A stretch of 64,000 nt of DNA. Origin: Candidatus Thalassarchaeaceae archaeon. Its GTDB lineage: Archaea; Thermoplasmatota; Poseidoniia; Poseidoniales; Thalassarchaeaceae. Both the position numbers and the translations under genes were made by a program. How positions within the stretch are numbered: the first letter of the stretch is position 1; every line of letters starts with the position of its first letter. The stretch lies in assembly GCA_045568075.1 (NCBI GenBank), contig JBJLBP010000001.1:249232-313231 (forward strand), read 5' to 3'. A model generated the notes under the pieces. It did not search any database. It worked only from the letters and a program-made list of their open reading frames with translations, and was not told the origin of the DNA. This document shows, piece by piece, positions 18,501 to 29,500 of this stretch.

Positions 18501-18950
18501 AATAGGGGCTTCTCGAGCCATTCTTTCCCAAACGGGATGAACGCCCGATTCGCATTCGACACGGAGGGTAGTGGCCTCTTCATCCCACTCACTCTTCCAC
18601 GAGTCCCCCATCTTCTGCTTCTGAGCAATCAAGACAGCGAGTCGATAGGCGGGGGATTCCTTCGAACCGATTACCGTTCGAGGAGTTTCTAATCGATCCC
18701 TTGCACTGGTTCCACCACTACGGCCACCTCTTCGTCCAATTCGTCGAGATCCTCTTGCCGGGCGAGTATCAGAAGCATCGGGATCGGCTGATTCAGGAGC
18801 CGTCTTGTCAGCAGCAAGCAAAGCCAAAGCTTTCCATTCTCGGCTCAGAAGACCCCACGCCTTTGGGCGTCTGACCTCCAGTTTTCTCCTACCCGGATCG
18901 TCGCCTGCTCGCTGCAGTTGTTCGACGCAATCGAGCAGGTAATCCTCCAA
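15567..18950 (-). CDS. Large (1127 aa) uncharacterised protein with C-terminal PIN-like nuclease domain
   Basis: C-terminal ~270 aa begin RPLVLVDTNILIDAL and contain later acidic motifs (VLVATRDSDF) typical of PIN domains. N-terminal ~850 aa is helix-rich with no motif I recognise. Confidence 0.6.
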   Translation of the reverse strand: MEDYLLDCVEQLQRAGDDPGRRKLEVRRPKAWGLLSREWKALALLAADKTAPESADPDASDTRPARGSRRIGRRGGRSGGTSARDRLETPRTVIGSKESPAYRLAVLIAQKQKMGDSWKSEWDEEATTLRVECESGVHPVWERMAREAPILAELGRFPISEEDTVSVDSHEWVIRADFDPMDRDSLLEWLDASTLNLDIHQASAMQQIIRDLRSGRARPRKWKAWMDPALRGLGGDAAVLEAMLLAASEDTEAISLFAAIDSEHIAEIASAQSQLLSLRVGDGGEWRDGVTKDGENALSSAIRLEAWKKFEVDEDSEVDFLMGGLQILNEAGLSAPDSLRWSVIEGLVGAGRSDEASGMLDGLDIDGESQMRTALSLINQIDEGGLVDRIVKAMEKASDEVVLTVMRDDAAPLNIRKRAANILSTKELGIEEEVLDIHTLSADVGGLSREFLAHTELASQFPHRALLVWHLIAASQAVTVLEDLEIMRRRAILALADTDEDEVLTSAASSLIALLSGISSGMDAVHDKLDSDGVLALNEVRRALSAEGDGLVRENRIETLEVTVMNAQLTYLERSLFTALVNALRLNRATMDLQSGIEERSDSALAALGTLCLDNEVAMRSIRFATDLVIEHDAAIPELEMWYRQHDNGSAEHQTVRATIARSKDDRINAARSFRDAAMKVRDDFERSALLLRKSLIEFAHAGGWKEAVNLIDHHPELIASVTSRFQLYLRTCADAVAGRNEVATQRIIEYTTEREPGDPEIDGIDREAVKRRLEVLDRALRYASEHRLPEDPFRGRVLAAQMMMRRRESSRRSELEGRFLLELNERKDVLEITLIAEEVAEISTIRGLRMFETAIQSGNFDLRQIQTLVRSQKALFRRHSRTIPVRQRSSLNHLALRPLVLVDTNILIDALKDDLLSQISQDSFGTFDWTVERAFVWMLKRRAKEGRVHLCIPSSAQGEFLNRTRNPKVALALFNDVYVDRKSWDDTVSPELLQERVQSVLRTFGSFRAEVDAEEKDAVDLDSFLVRHSAIYEKISEAKQLARDDPPPRSVIDGHEIYPELGDLDIMRDSAVHAASTIPDVGCVLVATRDSDFMLIARALHDSFGFGAIWTAQQLNRHVSRPKQVL

Positions 18951-19048
18951 TCCAAATCACTCCGGTGAGCCTTTCGCCCCTTCCCTCCATACATCAACAC
19001 ATCGCCTTGCTAAGCAAGGCGTGAAAGAGAGAACTCAAGACCTCCGTA

Positions 19049-19537
19049 ATGCAGCGACGACTCGTGGACCCAACACAGGTGTTCGTTCTACTACTCCACC
19101 CCTTCGCGGCACTGCTCGTCATTCGAGAGTTTGTCCGGCAGCGCGATTGGCGCAAACAGAGCATCGCACTGAAGGGCGCTGAGAGGGCTGCTGCGCTTGA
19201 GCGCCACGAGACTGAGGGGGGGCGACTTTTTCGCCTAGTTATTGCCGTCATCAGCCTCGCCTTCTTGGCTCGTATCGCATCGGATGTTCTGGTTGGTGAA
19301 GAACTTGGAATCGAGACCTTGATCCCTGGCCATTTCCATGGTTGGGGTGGTTTACTTGGGCTTGGGTTGATGACATATTTGTGGAGTCTTGGGCGCAAGA
19401 CCAGCGCGAAGAAGGCTGCTGGTGAATCATTCGCACGTGTGAAGGATTTGCACGGTAGGTTATCGGATGTTATGATGGGGCTAATCCTCATTCACGCCTT
19501 CCTCGGTTTCCTCTACCTGCTACAACTCATCGGATGA
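19049..19537 (+). CDS. Small integral membrane protein (hypothetical)
   Basis: 162 aa with 3-4 hydrophobic segments. Chosen over the antisense ORF 18994..19491, which is S/R-rich and not protein-like. Confidence 0.4.
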   Translation: MQRRLVDPTQVFVLLLHPFAALLVIREFVRQRDWRKQSIALKGAERAAALERHETEGGRLFRLVIAVISLAFLARIASDVLVGEELGIETLIPGHFHGWGGLLGLGLMTYLWSLGRKTSAKKAAGESFARVKDLHGRLSDVMMGLILIHAFLGFLYLLQLIG

Positions 19538-19555
19538 GCCGGTGGGATGGATCGC

Positions 19556-20554
19556 TCATCGCTGAGCCCACATCGACAACCATTCTGTAAGATTCTCTGC
19601 AATGTCTCTGTGCTCTACTCCGCGCTCAACCCTCTCGCCCGAATCGAGTGGTTGGATGCGGCAACCGCAGGCATTTGCATGCCCGCCACCATCAGGGTCG
19701 AATCGGGTTGCGAGGCGGGTCAAATCGTAGATTCCTCCGCCTCGATGTAGGAATGAATTGGTGTAAAAAGAGGCTGAGACAGGATATCGATCTTCCTCGC
19801 CAAAGCTTGCTCCAACATCTCCGTGAACAACAAGACAGGCATCGCAAGCCTCGCCAGCGAGCGCGGTGACGCGGTACCCGTTTGAGCGCACGCCCATATC
19901 TTCCAATCGCACCACTGCGAGCCTATCGATGATTTCCAAGCGCTCGCGTATCAATTCATCCGCACGCGCATAACGCTCCCCCTTAGCCACCATCACGGGG
20001 GCGATTCGTTCCGACGCAAGAATATCCTCAGCCGACTCGCCCCGAGTTAGTGCCTCCAGAATTGCCAGCGCTACCTCATCATCGCCACCGATTACACGGC
20101 CCAACCAGACAACTGGGTGATCTGAGAGGTACTCATCCTTGGTTACAGCACCACCATCCAATTTGTCGACCCATTCCATAAGTGCCGCGAGATCGCTAAC
20201 ATCGGCGACCTCACCGACCAAATCGAAAGCGATCCGCGCCGCAGAAAGCGTCGGTCTCCAAACGATGACCATCTCTTCGTCGATTTCCGTACCATCATCA
20301 GTATTATCCGGAGCATTCGATTGATGATGGTCAATACTCAATCCACATGCCGGATGCCGCGGCAAATCACACACAGCAGTCTGCCGATCGATATGCTCGT
20401 CGAGCATTCCCGCGCGGAGCGCGCCGGGATGTCCAAACACAATCTCCGCTTCGGGCCACCAACGTCGCAAAATGGCTCCTGTTACTACACCGTCAAGGTC
20501 CGAATCCGTCACAATTCGACGGATGTCGAGGGAGAGTGCGCGGTGAGTCATCAT
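19556..20554 (-). CDS. DHH/DHHA1 family phosphoesterase (NrnA-like oligoribonuclease/pAp phosphatase family)
   Basis: TDSDLDG, SIDHHQSN (DHH motif) and C-terminal DGGGHANACG (DHHA1 GGGH). Start uncertain (ORF open to 20617). Confidence 0.75.
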   Translation of the reverse strand: MMTHRALSLDIRRIVTDSDLDGVVTGAILRRWWPEAEIVFGHPGALRAGMLDEHIDRQTAVCDLPRHPACGLSIDHHQSNAPDNTDDGTEIDEEMVIVWRPTLSAARIAFDLVGEVADVSDLAALMEWVDKLDGGAVTKDEYLSDHPVVWLGRVIGGDDEVALAILEALTRGESAEDILASERIAPVMVAKGERYARADELIRERLEIIDRLAVVRLEDMGVRSNGYRVTALAGEACDACLVVHGDVGASFGEEDRYPVSASFYTNSFLHRGGGIYDLTRLATRFDPDGGGHANACGCRIQPLDSGERVERGVEHRDIAENLTEWLSMWAQR

Positions 20555-20688
20555 GCGACTGCGCCGCGCCCCCCCTATCATCTGTTTGCAATCTCCAACT
20601 TCACCACCATGCCCCAAATAATCGATGTTCTAAGGTGGAATTTAGCAATTATACAGTTGACGCGAGAAGGAGAATCGACATATGCAAG

Positions 20689-21117
20689 ATGCCTATCGCA
20701 GACCCTATGGAGACGTCTTGCGGCTTCGTGCTAGTCAATTACGATAGTATTCTATTGCTACAATATCCTCAGGGCCACTGGTCATATCCGAAGGGGCACG
20801 TTGAGGGTGATGAGGATCATCATACAACCGCTCGCCGCGAATTGTTGGAGGAGACCGGAATCAACGATATCGTAATCGACAGCGGTTGGCGCCAACGCAC
20901 TGAATATTCATTCTATCACAAAGGGCGGCAAATCGACAAAGAGGTGTATTGGTACATCGCCACAACGAATCAGTTGAATGTGACTATCTCACATGAGCAT
21001 ACGAACTATCTTTGGTTGAATTTCGATGAGGCCGAGACTCAGCTGACCTTCGATCAAGAGAAGGCTCTACTGCGTGACGCCCGCACATATTTGGCTGCGA
21101 GCGGGGCAACTGTTTGA
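20689..21117 (+). CDS. Nudix hydrolase (Ap4A-hydrolase-like)
   Basis: Nudix box GHWSYPKGHVEGDEDHHTTARRELLEETGI. Internal ATG 20689 used (the ORF-track start at 20347 overlaps the divergent DHH gene). Confidence 0.8.
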   Translation: MPIADPMETSCGFVLVNYDSILLLQYPQGHWSYPKGHVEGDEDHHTTARRELLEETGINDIVIDSGWRQRTEYSFYHKGRQIDKEVYWYIATTNQLNVTISHEHTNYLWLNFDEAETQLTFDQEKALLRDARTYLAASGATV

Positions 21118-21144
21118 GACGTAATCCGCGCGCGAGAACGGTTT

Positions 21145-21762
21145 TCAGTCGCGCTTGCCAAGTGGGGTCCAGAGGGATTCCTCATCGCCCATCTTGGCTG
21201 TAATCCATCGGCCAAGGACGAAGCAATGGTCAGAGAGTCTGTTGAGGTAACTTATGACTTCAGGTCGAACTTCATCGCGCATCGCACAGGCTTCACGTTC
21301 TGCCCTGCGAACAACCGTTCTCGCTATGTGTAAATGTGCCACTGAGGGACTGCCAGTAGGGAGAATGAATGATGATAAAGGCTCGAGATCTTCGAGCATT
21401 GAGTTCATTTCTGCCACAAGCCTCTCGCCCTCTTCGGTGCCGATTATCGACATCTGTTCCGGTATTCCTCCGGGCGGGCAGGCGCACTCAGCACCGACAT
21501 CGAAGAGTTCCTGCTGGATACGTAACAGCATCTCATCCGCTTGAGTGTAGATGGGGACAATTGCAGCCATGAATCCACCATCTGGAGAATGCGTCGGCGC
21601 TCTGTCGAGTTCCATTCGGACTACCCCGATCGCCGCATTCGCTTCATCGATGGCACCGTAGATTGCAACACGGGGGTGTTCCTTACCGACACGCGTACCA
21701 TCGACCAGCGATGTGTCGCCACCATCACCTCCGCCGGTGTGAACCTTGGTTATCCGGACCAT
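21145..21762 (-). CDS. ATP:cob(I)alamin adenosyltransferase, PduO-type
   Basis: MVRITKVHTGGGDGGDTSLVDGTRVGKEHPRVAIYGAIDEANAAIG is the hallmark N-terminus of PduO/MMAB-type ATR. Confidence 0.8.
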   Translation of the reverse strand: MVRITKVHTGGGDGGDTSLVDGTRVGKEHPRVAIYGAIDEANAAIGVVRMELDRAPTHSPDGGFMAAIVPIYTQADEMLLRIQQELFDVGAECACPPGGIPEQMSIIGTEEGERLVAEMNSMLEDLEPLSSFILPTGSPSVAHLHIARTVVRRAEREACAMRDEVRPEVISYLNRLSDHCFVLGRWITAKMGDEESLWTPLGKRD

Positions 21763-21792
21763 GTTCCTAACTCCCGAATGGCCTCACCGTTT

Positions 21793-22548
21793 TCAATCGT
21801 CCCCGCCGGCAATAGGGCTTCTAGAAGATGCGTTAAGATTCTCTAGGGAGGTATTTATCGCATCTGTCCAAGCGCTGTCGACAGACTCCCAGCCGCCGAT
21901 TGCTTTGAGTTCGGCAACATGCTCCTTGTGAGATGGTTGGTCATCGAGATGTTGGTGAATTAATGCAAGTGCGGAGTGACTCATGGCGTTCAACCACTGA
22001 TCATCCATATCCCAAGATCGCTCAAAGTGGGAAATCGCTCCACGCGGTCCGCGCAGAAGTCCTCGTTCGACTTGCCGAAGGCCAGATTTCGACCAAGTGA
22101 TACCTTGCACGCCGACAACCAGTCCTCGGAATGCTAGGTAAATTTCGAGGAGGATTACTATCGAAGCGGCGCCGAACGAGATGATTTGGTATGTTGGATC
22201 CATACCAGCCCACCCTTCGGTCATCAGGCTCATTGTTCCAACGCAAAGCAGAACGCCGCCGAAGGGTGCGACCAACACATCTCGTTCGGTTTCAACCATA
22301 TGCCTAACTCCGTAGACCACCGCTAGCCCTCCAAATACTGCGGCGACAACTGCCGGAGCGAGAATCGTTGTTTCCCTCGGTGCACTCCGGCTGATTAGGA
22401 AGACTAGTCCCAATCCCAAACTGAGCCAGCCGAAGCGGCTACCATACTCGGGAAATGGCTGGTGCCGTGAGTAGTAAATCGATACCGCACCAATCGCTAA
22501 AAAGAGTAAAATCCATGCATCCAGAAGTGGCATATCCGAGCTACTCAT
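21793..22548 (-). CDS. Integral membrane protein (hypothetical, ~6 TM)
   Basis: 251 aa, multiple hydrophobic spans. Confidence 0.5.
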   Translation of the reverse strand: MSSSDMPLLDAWILLFLAIGAVSIYYSRHQPFPEYGSRFGWLSLGLGLVFLISRSAPRETTILAPAVVAAVFGGLAVVYGVRHMVETERDVLVAPFGGVLLCVGTMSLMTEGWAGMDPTYQIISFGAASIVILLEIYLAFRGLVVGVQGITWSKSGLRQVERGLLRGPRGAISHFERSWDMDDQWLNAMSHSALALIHQHLDDQPSHKEHVAELKAIGGWESVDSAWTDAINTSLENLNASSRSPIAGGDD

Positions 22549-22874
22549 TCGACTTCACCTCGCGGCTCGTCGCGCCACCCCGGCTTCCAGAAATTATCGT
22601 CATCGAGCCACTTCAACCACTCGTCATCTGTGGCTCGTAACAGGCGTAGTGCGCGCCTGTCAAGTCCATCACGCAGTGCATCATCGACATCTCCCTCGGA
22701 GTGTGAATCAGTCCATTCGATTTGCATCTGTCGCACGAGCCTGCGTCCTTCCTCAGGATTGTCGAAATTCATCTCACAGGCCTCTCTCAAGTCCTGTAAC
22801 CACACTCGTGTTCCACGGATGTGCAGATCATCCTGCAGTGGCTTCGACTTTCGCTTGAACGGCCACCAACTCAT
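22545..22874 (-). CDS. Small acidic hypothetical protein, translationally coupled to downstream membrane protein
   Basis: 109 aa; stop/start overlap with 21793..22548. No recognisable motif. Confidence 0.35.
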   Translation of the reverse strand: MSWWPFKRKSKPLQDDLHIRGTRVWLQDLREACEMNFDNPEEGRRLVRQMQIEWTDSHSEGDVDDALRDGLDRRALRLLRATDDEWLKWLDDDNFWKPGWRDEPRGEVE

Positions 22875-22954
22875 GGATTCTCAAACGATTCGCGCAAGCC
22901 GTCACCCTTGATGCTTACGAATCAATCAAGTCTTGTCCCGCACAGGCCTACTTC

Positions 22955-23389
22955 ATGGGCCGCATCGTCGTTCACCTACATGGGCGTGCAAAGGACGCGG
23001 CCTTCCGCATGGCAATCTCAGATTACGCCAATCGACTCTCCGGCGATGGAGTCTCACTTTCGGAACATCGTAATCAGACAGACCCGGGTCCTTACCTCGA
23101 ATCGATTGTGGCCAAGGCTGGTGTGAAAAATGTCATCGTGCTTGAAGAAAGAGGTGAGAATCTTGACTCGATGGGCTATGCTGAGAAGCTGAAACAATGG
23201 CGTTTATCGAGTGATGATATCCACCTTGTCGTAGGCCCTCCAGGGGGTTTTGGCGTGCACAGTGACGGTATGTCTTCACTTTCTCTCGGGTTGATTACGC
23301 TACCTCATGAATTAGCCGCAGTGGTCCTTTTGGAGCAACTGTATAGGGCTTCGACAATTGTCAAGGGATTGCCTTATCATCGAGCCTGA
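22955..23389 (+). CDS. rlmH: 23S rRNA (pseudouridine-N3)-methyltransferase RlmH (SPOUT)
   Basis: 144 aa; ...LVVGPPGGF...LSLGLITLPHELAAVVLLEQLYRA matches the RlmH C-terminal signature. Confidence 0.75.
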   Translation: MGRIVVHLHGRAKDAAFRMAISDYANRLSGDGVSLSEHRNQTDPGPYLESIVAKAGVKNVIVLEERGENLDSMGYAEKLKQWRLSSDDIHLVVGPPGGFGVHSDGMSSLSLGLITLPHELAAVVLLEQLYRASTIVKGLPYHRA

Positions 23390-23532
23390 GAGTTTTACCA
23401 AAGTGGCTCGATAGATTTCCTGATTGAGCCAACTTCTCATTTGAACCATGATACTCAGAGCCCTGCTTGATACGCTCGCGCGCGTATGAGGGGTTCCGTT
23501 GATAAGTTGGGCGAAGGTCAGGAGACACTTCG

Positions 23533-26500
23533 GTGGTCGGAATGAACAAAGAGATACAGACTTGGTATGGTCGAGAAAATAGGAAGAAGAGCACGTCAGC
23601 CCTGATGATGGTAGTGCTGATGCTACTGAGCACACAGATGTACAATTTCATCGGTGCTGAAGAGGCTGAAACCAGCCTTGAGGGGCCGGAAGAAACTCCT
23701 GCTCGGACTGCTTACCAGCAGTTCTACCAGAGTGGCGGAGCTAGTGCAGGCGAGACTCAAGGCCAGCCGGCTTCGACCGCTGACTTCCAGCACCCAGCCT
23801 TCTCTGATGCGAATTGGGTCGATCCAGCCTCATACCAAGGCAAGATCTCCGACCCCTCCATTCTCCTGACCGACCCAGGATACGGATTCCACCTTGAGGA
23901 GACCAATACCGAAGACCACGACAATGATGGAATCAATGATCTCGATGACCTCGATGACGACAATGATGGAATCAGCGATCTCATCGAGCGCTTCGACGGA
24001 TGCTATGGAACCGATCCATTCGACCACGATAACGACGGAATCGATGACGAGAGTGATTGGGATGACGATAACGATGGAATCCTAGAGGGCCCTATTGACT
24101 ACTCACAAGGCTCCGATCCTTGGAATGTCAGTGCCGACCGTTACGTCATGCCGAATGTAGTTCATCCATGGACTGGAACTCCGGTTGGCACCGGTTACCG
24201 AATCGATCAGAATCTGATGGATCACGATAACGATGGCGTCACCGATGAAGACATCGATGGCAGTGGGCGTGGCTCCTACGATGAGGACGACGACAACGAC
24301 GCTCGCATCGATCAATTCACTTGGCCATGCGATTTCGATGGTGACGGAGCTCAGGATTACTTCGACGACGACGACGATAACGACGGCGTCGTAGATCTCT
24401 GGGACTCACACCCTTGGGATGCCTCAATTACCACTAACATCACCGCCACAGCACCTCTTTGGGATGATTGGTATCAGTGGGTGTCTGCTGAGACTCATGA
24501 TATCGAAATCAGCCCAGGAAACTTGTTCTCTCCTCGAGCATTAACCATCAATGAGGGCGATACTGTTGTATGGACCAACGCTGATTCTCAAGATCACACA
24601 GTGACATCAGATATCGGCCTCTTCGACAGCGGTACCATCGTTCCTGGCGCAAGCTTCACATTCACCTTTGACAATGCAGGGACATTCAGCTATGTTTGCA
24701 ATATCCATCCGGCTATGACTGGCACAATCACAGTTCAGTCAACGAGTGGTTCCGACAATACTTACTCCGAATATATCGGCGGTGTCGACTATGTTTCGAT
24801 GGAAGCAAATGTGTGGCACCCTAGAAATCAATCCTTTACCGAAGTTGTCGATGGTGATCTCGACGGTGATGGAATCCCGAACTTCCTTGATCCTGACAAC
24901 GATAACGACGGAACACCTGACTCAGCCGATACTGATGATGACAACGATGGCTTACTCGACATGTACGATGTCGACGACGACAATGATGGAATATGGGATG
25001 AATGCATGCAACTCGATACAAACTCGGATGGCGAAGGCGATTATCCAAATTCCTTCGATATCCAAACTCCTGGGCGTGATTGTGAGATTGATTACGACAG
25101 GGACGCGGACGATGATCGATTTCGTCCAATTGATATGGATTACGATTTGGTATGGGATTGGATGGATCCAGACATGGGAGCACTTGAACTCGATGAGCTC
25201 GACAACCCGAATGGCGCTCCTCGGAACGATCCGGATGACGAGCCCTACGATCTAGACAATGATGGCGTCCTAAACGAAGCAGACCCGTACATGCTTGCTA
25301 CAGAGGAGCAAGTCAGTGAGTGGGACTGCGCCACTCAGACTAACCCCAATCCACAGAATTCCGACATGAATTGCACCGTCGCACGTAAGTCGTACACCGG
25401 AAATAATGACTGGGATGGTGACGGTCTGAATAACTGGGAGGACCGTGATGATGATAACGACGGAATCCTCGATTGGCTAGATATTGATCCGAATTGTGAT
25501 TTCGACGATGACAATGATTTGCATCTACTCAATGGTTCCCGCTTCCGTGACGATGGCCCGAATGACATCGATACCGATGTTGACGGGGATGGTTTGGCGA
25601 ACGACGAGGATTGGGACGACGATAACGATGGAATATCAGATTACTACGACCCCGATGACGGAAACTGTGGAGTGGTCGACCAAGACCAGACCGACCCCTT
25701 CGCGACATATTATGGATACTCACACGGTGATGGAGACATAATCGACGGTTCAGACGACAGCGACCTTTGGGCACAATTCGAGAATACGCACTGGAAGATG
25801 TGGTGGCACTTCAATCCGTTCACAGAGGAAAATGGATTCATCTATCCTCACAATGGCTACGACGATTCTACCGTGCCTCTGACAAATGGGCAGATTCCTG
25901 AGATGTATTGGTATGTCCTCATGCATTGGAGCCCTTGGAATGGAGCTAATTATTTCGATATTGACGTAGACGGCGATTCACTTCAGAATGGAATCGACGT
26001 CGATTCGGATGGAGATGGACTTCCCGATTGGTGGGATCAAGATGAAGGGAATGATGGAGTTCTGGATGTTAATGATCCAGGCCAAGGAGGCTCATTCGAC
26101 AATAACGAGTGTGGTTACACATTTTGGTGGCTTCTAATCGCCCAACAAGCCATTGAGCAAGCATGTGGACTGCCGTACGCCTGGCTTTACGGTTACCCTG
26201 TTATTCCGGCCAGTCGGACGAACGGAATGTCATTCACTATTCCCTATTCCAGCCGACCCGATGCAGATATGGACCAAGGGGCTTACAATGGAACCAATTC
26301 ACAAGGTCAGTGGACCTGTGAGACTCAATGTTGGCATTTCGATTTCTTAGGTCAAGGTGATGCTGGACCGAGCGCGGCTGTAAATTACAACCAGATGAAG
26401 GATAATCGGGATTTGTATACCGCTTGGGTCGGAATCACTTTCGGATTCTTCCAATGGACTGCTGACAGTAATGCCAATTTATTCCCCGATGAAGTCGCTG

Positions 26501-29500
26501 ATTTATTGAATAATGATGTTGATCCCGATGACGATTGTGGCGCTCCCATTCCAGGAAATTTAAATCCTCAATGTATGGTGAATGACACAGCAGATTTGGA
26601 TGATGATTTCGACGGAGTCTACGATCATTGGGATGTCGACGACGATAACGATGGAATCTGGGATTATTTCGAAATCGACAGTAATGACGATCTCGACGAC
26701 GACGCCAATATCGATGCCTCGAATTTCTTTACCGGCACAAATTGTGATGACAATGACGACGATGGAACCGACACGGATCCAGACGACGACGGTTGGTACC
26801 AAGCCGTCTGGGACAAAGGTGTGTTAGGACAGGGACTCCTATTCCCTGTGTACTACGATGTCGACAATGATAACGACGGAGTCCCTGATGGAGAAGACCC
26901 GGATGACGATAACAATGGAGTTTCCGACGCATTACAAGAAACTCTTTGCTTCGTCGGTGAAGAACAGAGTGTTTGGGATCATGATAACGACGGTATCCTT
27001 GACTGGGCTGATGACGACTGGGACGCCGATGGATTGGTCAATACTCTTGAGTTGAATACAGCCACACCGTTCATCTCTCCATGGGATCATGATAACGACG
27101 GATTGAGAGATGACATCGATCTCGACGACGATTCGGACGGTATGCTGGATAAGGACGAGATTATGCTATGGCCATCTCGCTTCGGTCAGGAATCAACAAA
27201 CCCGTGGGACCACGACGATTACGGAAATGGAACAGGTCCCGCTAACCCCTCTGATCCATTCACCGGTCCGGACGCGATTGACGAGGATGATGACAACGAC
27301 GAGAGGCCCGATCGCGATTGGGACCATCTCGAAGAGGACTGGTCGAATTCCTCAGATTGGGATAGCGATAACGACGGAATCCTTGACGAGGATGACAAGG
27401 TGCCTACGAGAATCAATCTCACGAGCGCTAACGTCCTCTGGCTCGATGCTGTAAATCCAGCCGTTTTCCGTGGTACTGTGAACTGGCTCGACCCTGATAC
27501 AGGCGTCTTCGAGCCAGCTCCAGACCTGCCGGTTCAGATTTCTATCGAATGGGCTCGAAATGGCACCCTTGCCCTCGAGACCGTCGATGTTCTGACCGAT
27601 GCGGCTGGAGCTTTCGTAGTCGGACAATTCCTCTTGCCAGAGGATCTCATTGTAGGTCCTAACACGACTTACAATGTCTACGCGGAAGTCACAGAAATGT
27701 TCTATCACGACGGTTCACAGACCGAACCGATACCTGTAGAAGTTCGCGCCAATACATCGATTGACTACGTCGCATGGACATACTTCCGCAGCGATGAGCA
27801 ACCACTCTTCACAGATTACAAGGTGCATTATGAGGCTGATTGGGATCGAGGAATCTTCGACAATCGAATTCCTAACGCACCAGTCTCCTTCCGCGTTCAC
27901 GGCGGACCATTCGGCAACCACACCCACCCGACCATCTTCGATGGATACGGCTACGGTTACCGCGCCGATTCAGGTGGATGGGTCTCACTAACCTTCGTCC
28001 AAACCGCCGGCGCACAGGGTCAGTGGAAGCAGGTTCAGTGGAATTCAACCATGGATAATGGCGTTGGCAAGCTACCAGGCGGCTACGAAGAAATCGTCTG
28101 GGATGACAATGCGAAAGATCACTTCGTCCTCGGACGTTATGACTACACAAACACCAGTTTGCCGATTGGTGATTATGCATTCATTGGTTTCGCCCGCCCC
28201 GACTTGGGCGATGAATGGCCATTCCCATACCTTGAGCAGTCCGAGACAGAAGCGTTTGCTATCCGCTCGATGCACCGAATGTACATCGAAGCTGACATGT
28301 TTACGCCATCGACTCGGCCGGTTTACTTCTGGGACACCACACAGTTCACTGGATCGTCCTTCGGAGCGTGGAGGGCTCTCTTCCACCAACCAAGTCTTGA
28401 CACCGCTGGCCTCGCCTACGAAGACGTAAGCCTCGGCAAGCCGTATGCGATGACTTGGGATGGAACTCCTGAGGGACTAACTGGAGAGAGTTCCCGACTA
28501 CGTCCGTTCCTCTCTTCGAACGGAACTCATTGGCGTATCGGCATGCAGAACGGTGGCGACTTCAATGTGCCACCTTGCGGACCAGTCGACCCGGTTGATC
28601 CGAATAGTGACGTTCGCTGCGAGATTATCCCTGAGATGTTTACCGGAGAGACTCTGAGAGTCATCGGAAGCGTTTGGAATCGGACTTTGGTTCCATGGCC
28701 GCATGACCCGATGACGCTACAGGTCGATCTCGATCGTAATGGAATCTTCGCGGGCTCGCAAGAGACTGGATACGCTCGAGCACCACAGATGGTGAACGGT
28801 GTCGCGACTTTCGATTACAACTGGACCTGGTATTCTCAATATGCAGCAGGTCACTACGGAATACGTGCTGACTTCACCAACTCGAACTACTACTTCACAG
28901 GAAACCAGAGTTCGGTCCTCGCTCCTACGGGCGCTTACCTCAATGTCTCAGTCATTGGAACAACCGAGTTCAAGGAATTGCTTGAACCGCGCCTATATCG
29001 TGGCCAAAATCGCACAATCGAGGTTCAGTTGCTTGATAATTCGTTGCAGCCGCTGAAGAATTCTCAGATTAATTATGTTTGGAGTGCGGATGGCACCAAT
29101 GGCATCGCTGAGACTGACGGAACGGGTTGGTTCTCGGTCAATCTAACGATTGAGAAGGATCACAATCTGGGCAACTTCACCCTCTCTTACAACTACCCAG
29201 GTGATCCTCGCCACCAAGGAACCTCTGGAACGATGGATCTCTGGGTTGTCTCACGCACTTACATCACACTGCAAGGTACAACCCCGAACATACGCTCCAA
29301 TGGAGATATCTGGGAATTCTCAGCACAGGTGACAGATGACAATCGCACAGCCATCATCAAGGATTCCGGACAGGCTTTGGACGGATGTGGTGAGAATGGC
29401 GGAGAAGTTCTCCTGATTATGGAAGGAACCGACTTCGACGATCGAACCCATAGACAAATCGTCGAGACCCTATGTCCGAACGCAGGAAACATCCACCACG

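Noticed and set aside
18994-19491. 165-aa minus-strand ORF antisense to the membrane-protein ORF 19049..19537
   Set aside because: S/R-rich composition atypical of real proteins. The plus-strand partner has coherent hydrophobic helices. Neither is strongly supported.
20347-20688. N-terminal 114-aa extension of the Nudix ORF
   Set aside because: It overlaps the divergent DHH gene. The Nudix fold begins at Met 20689.
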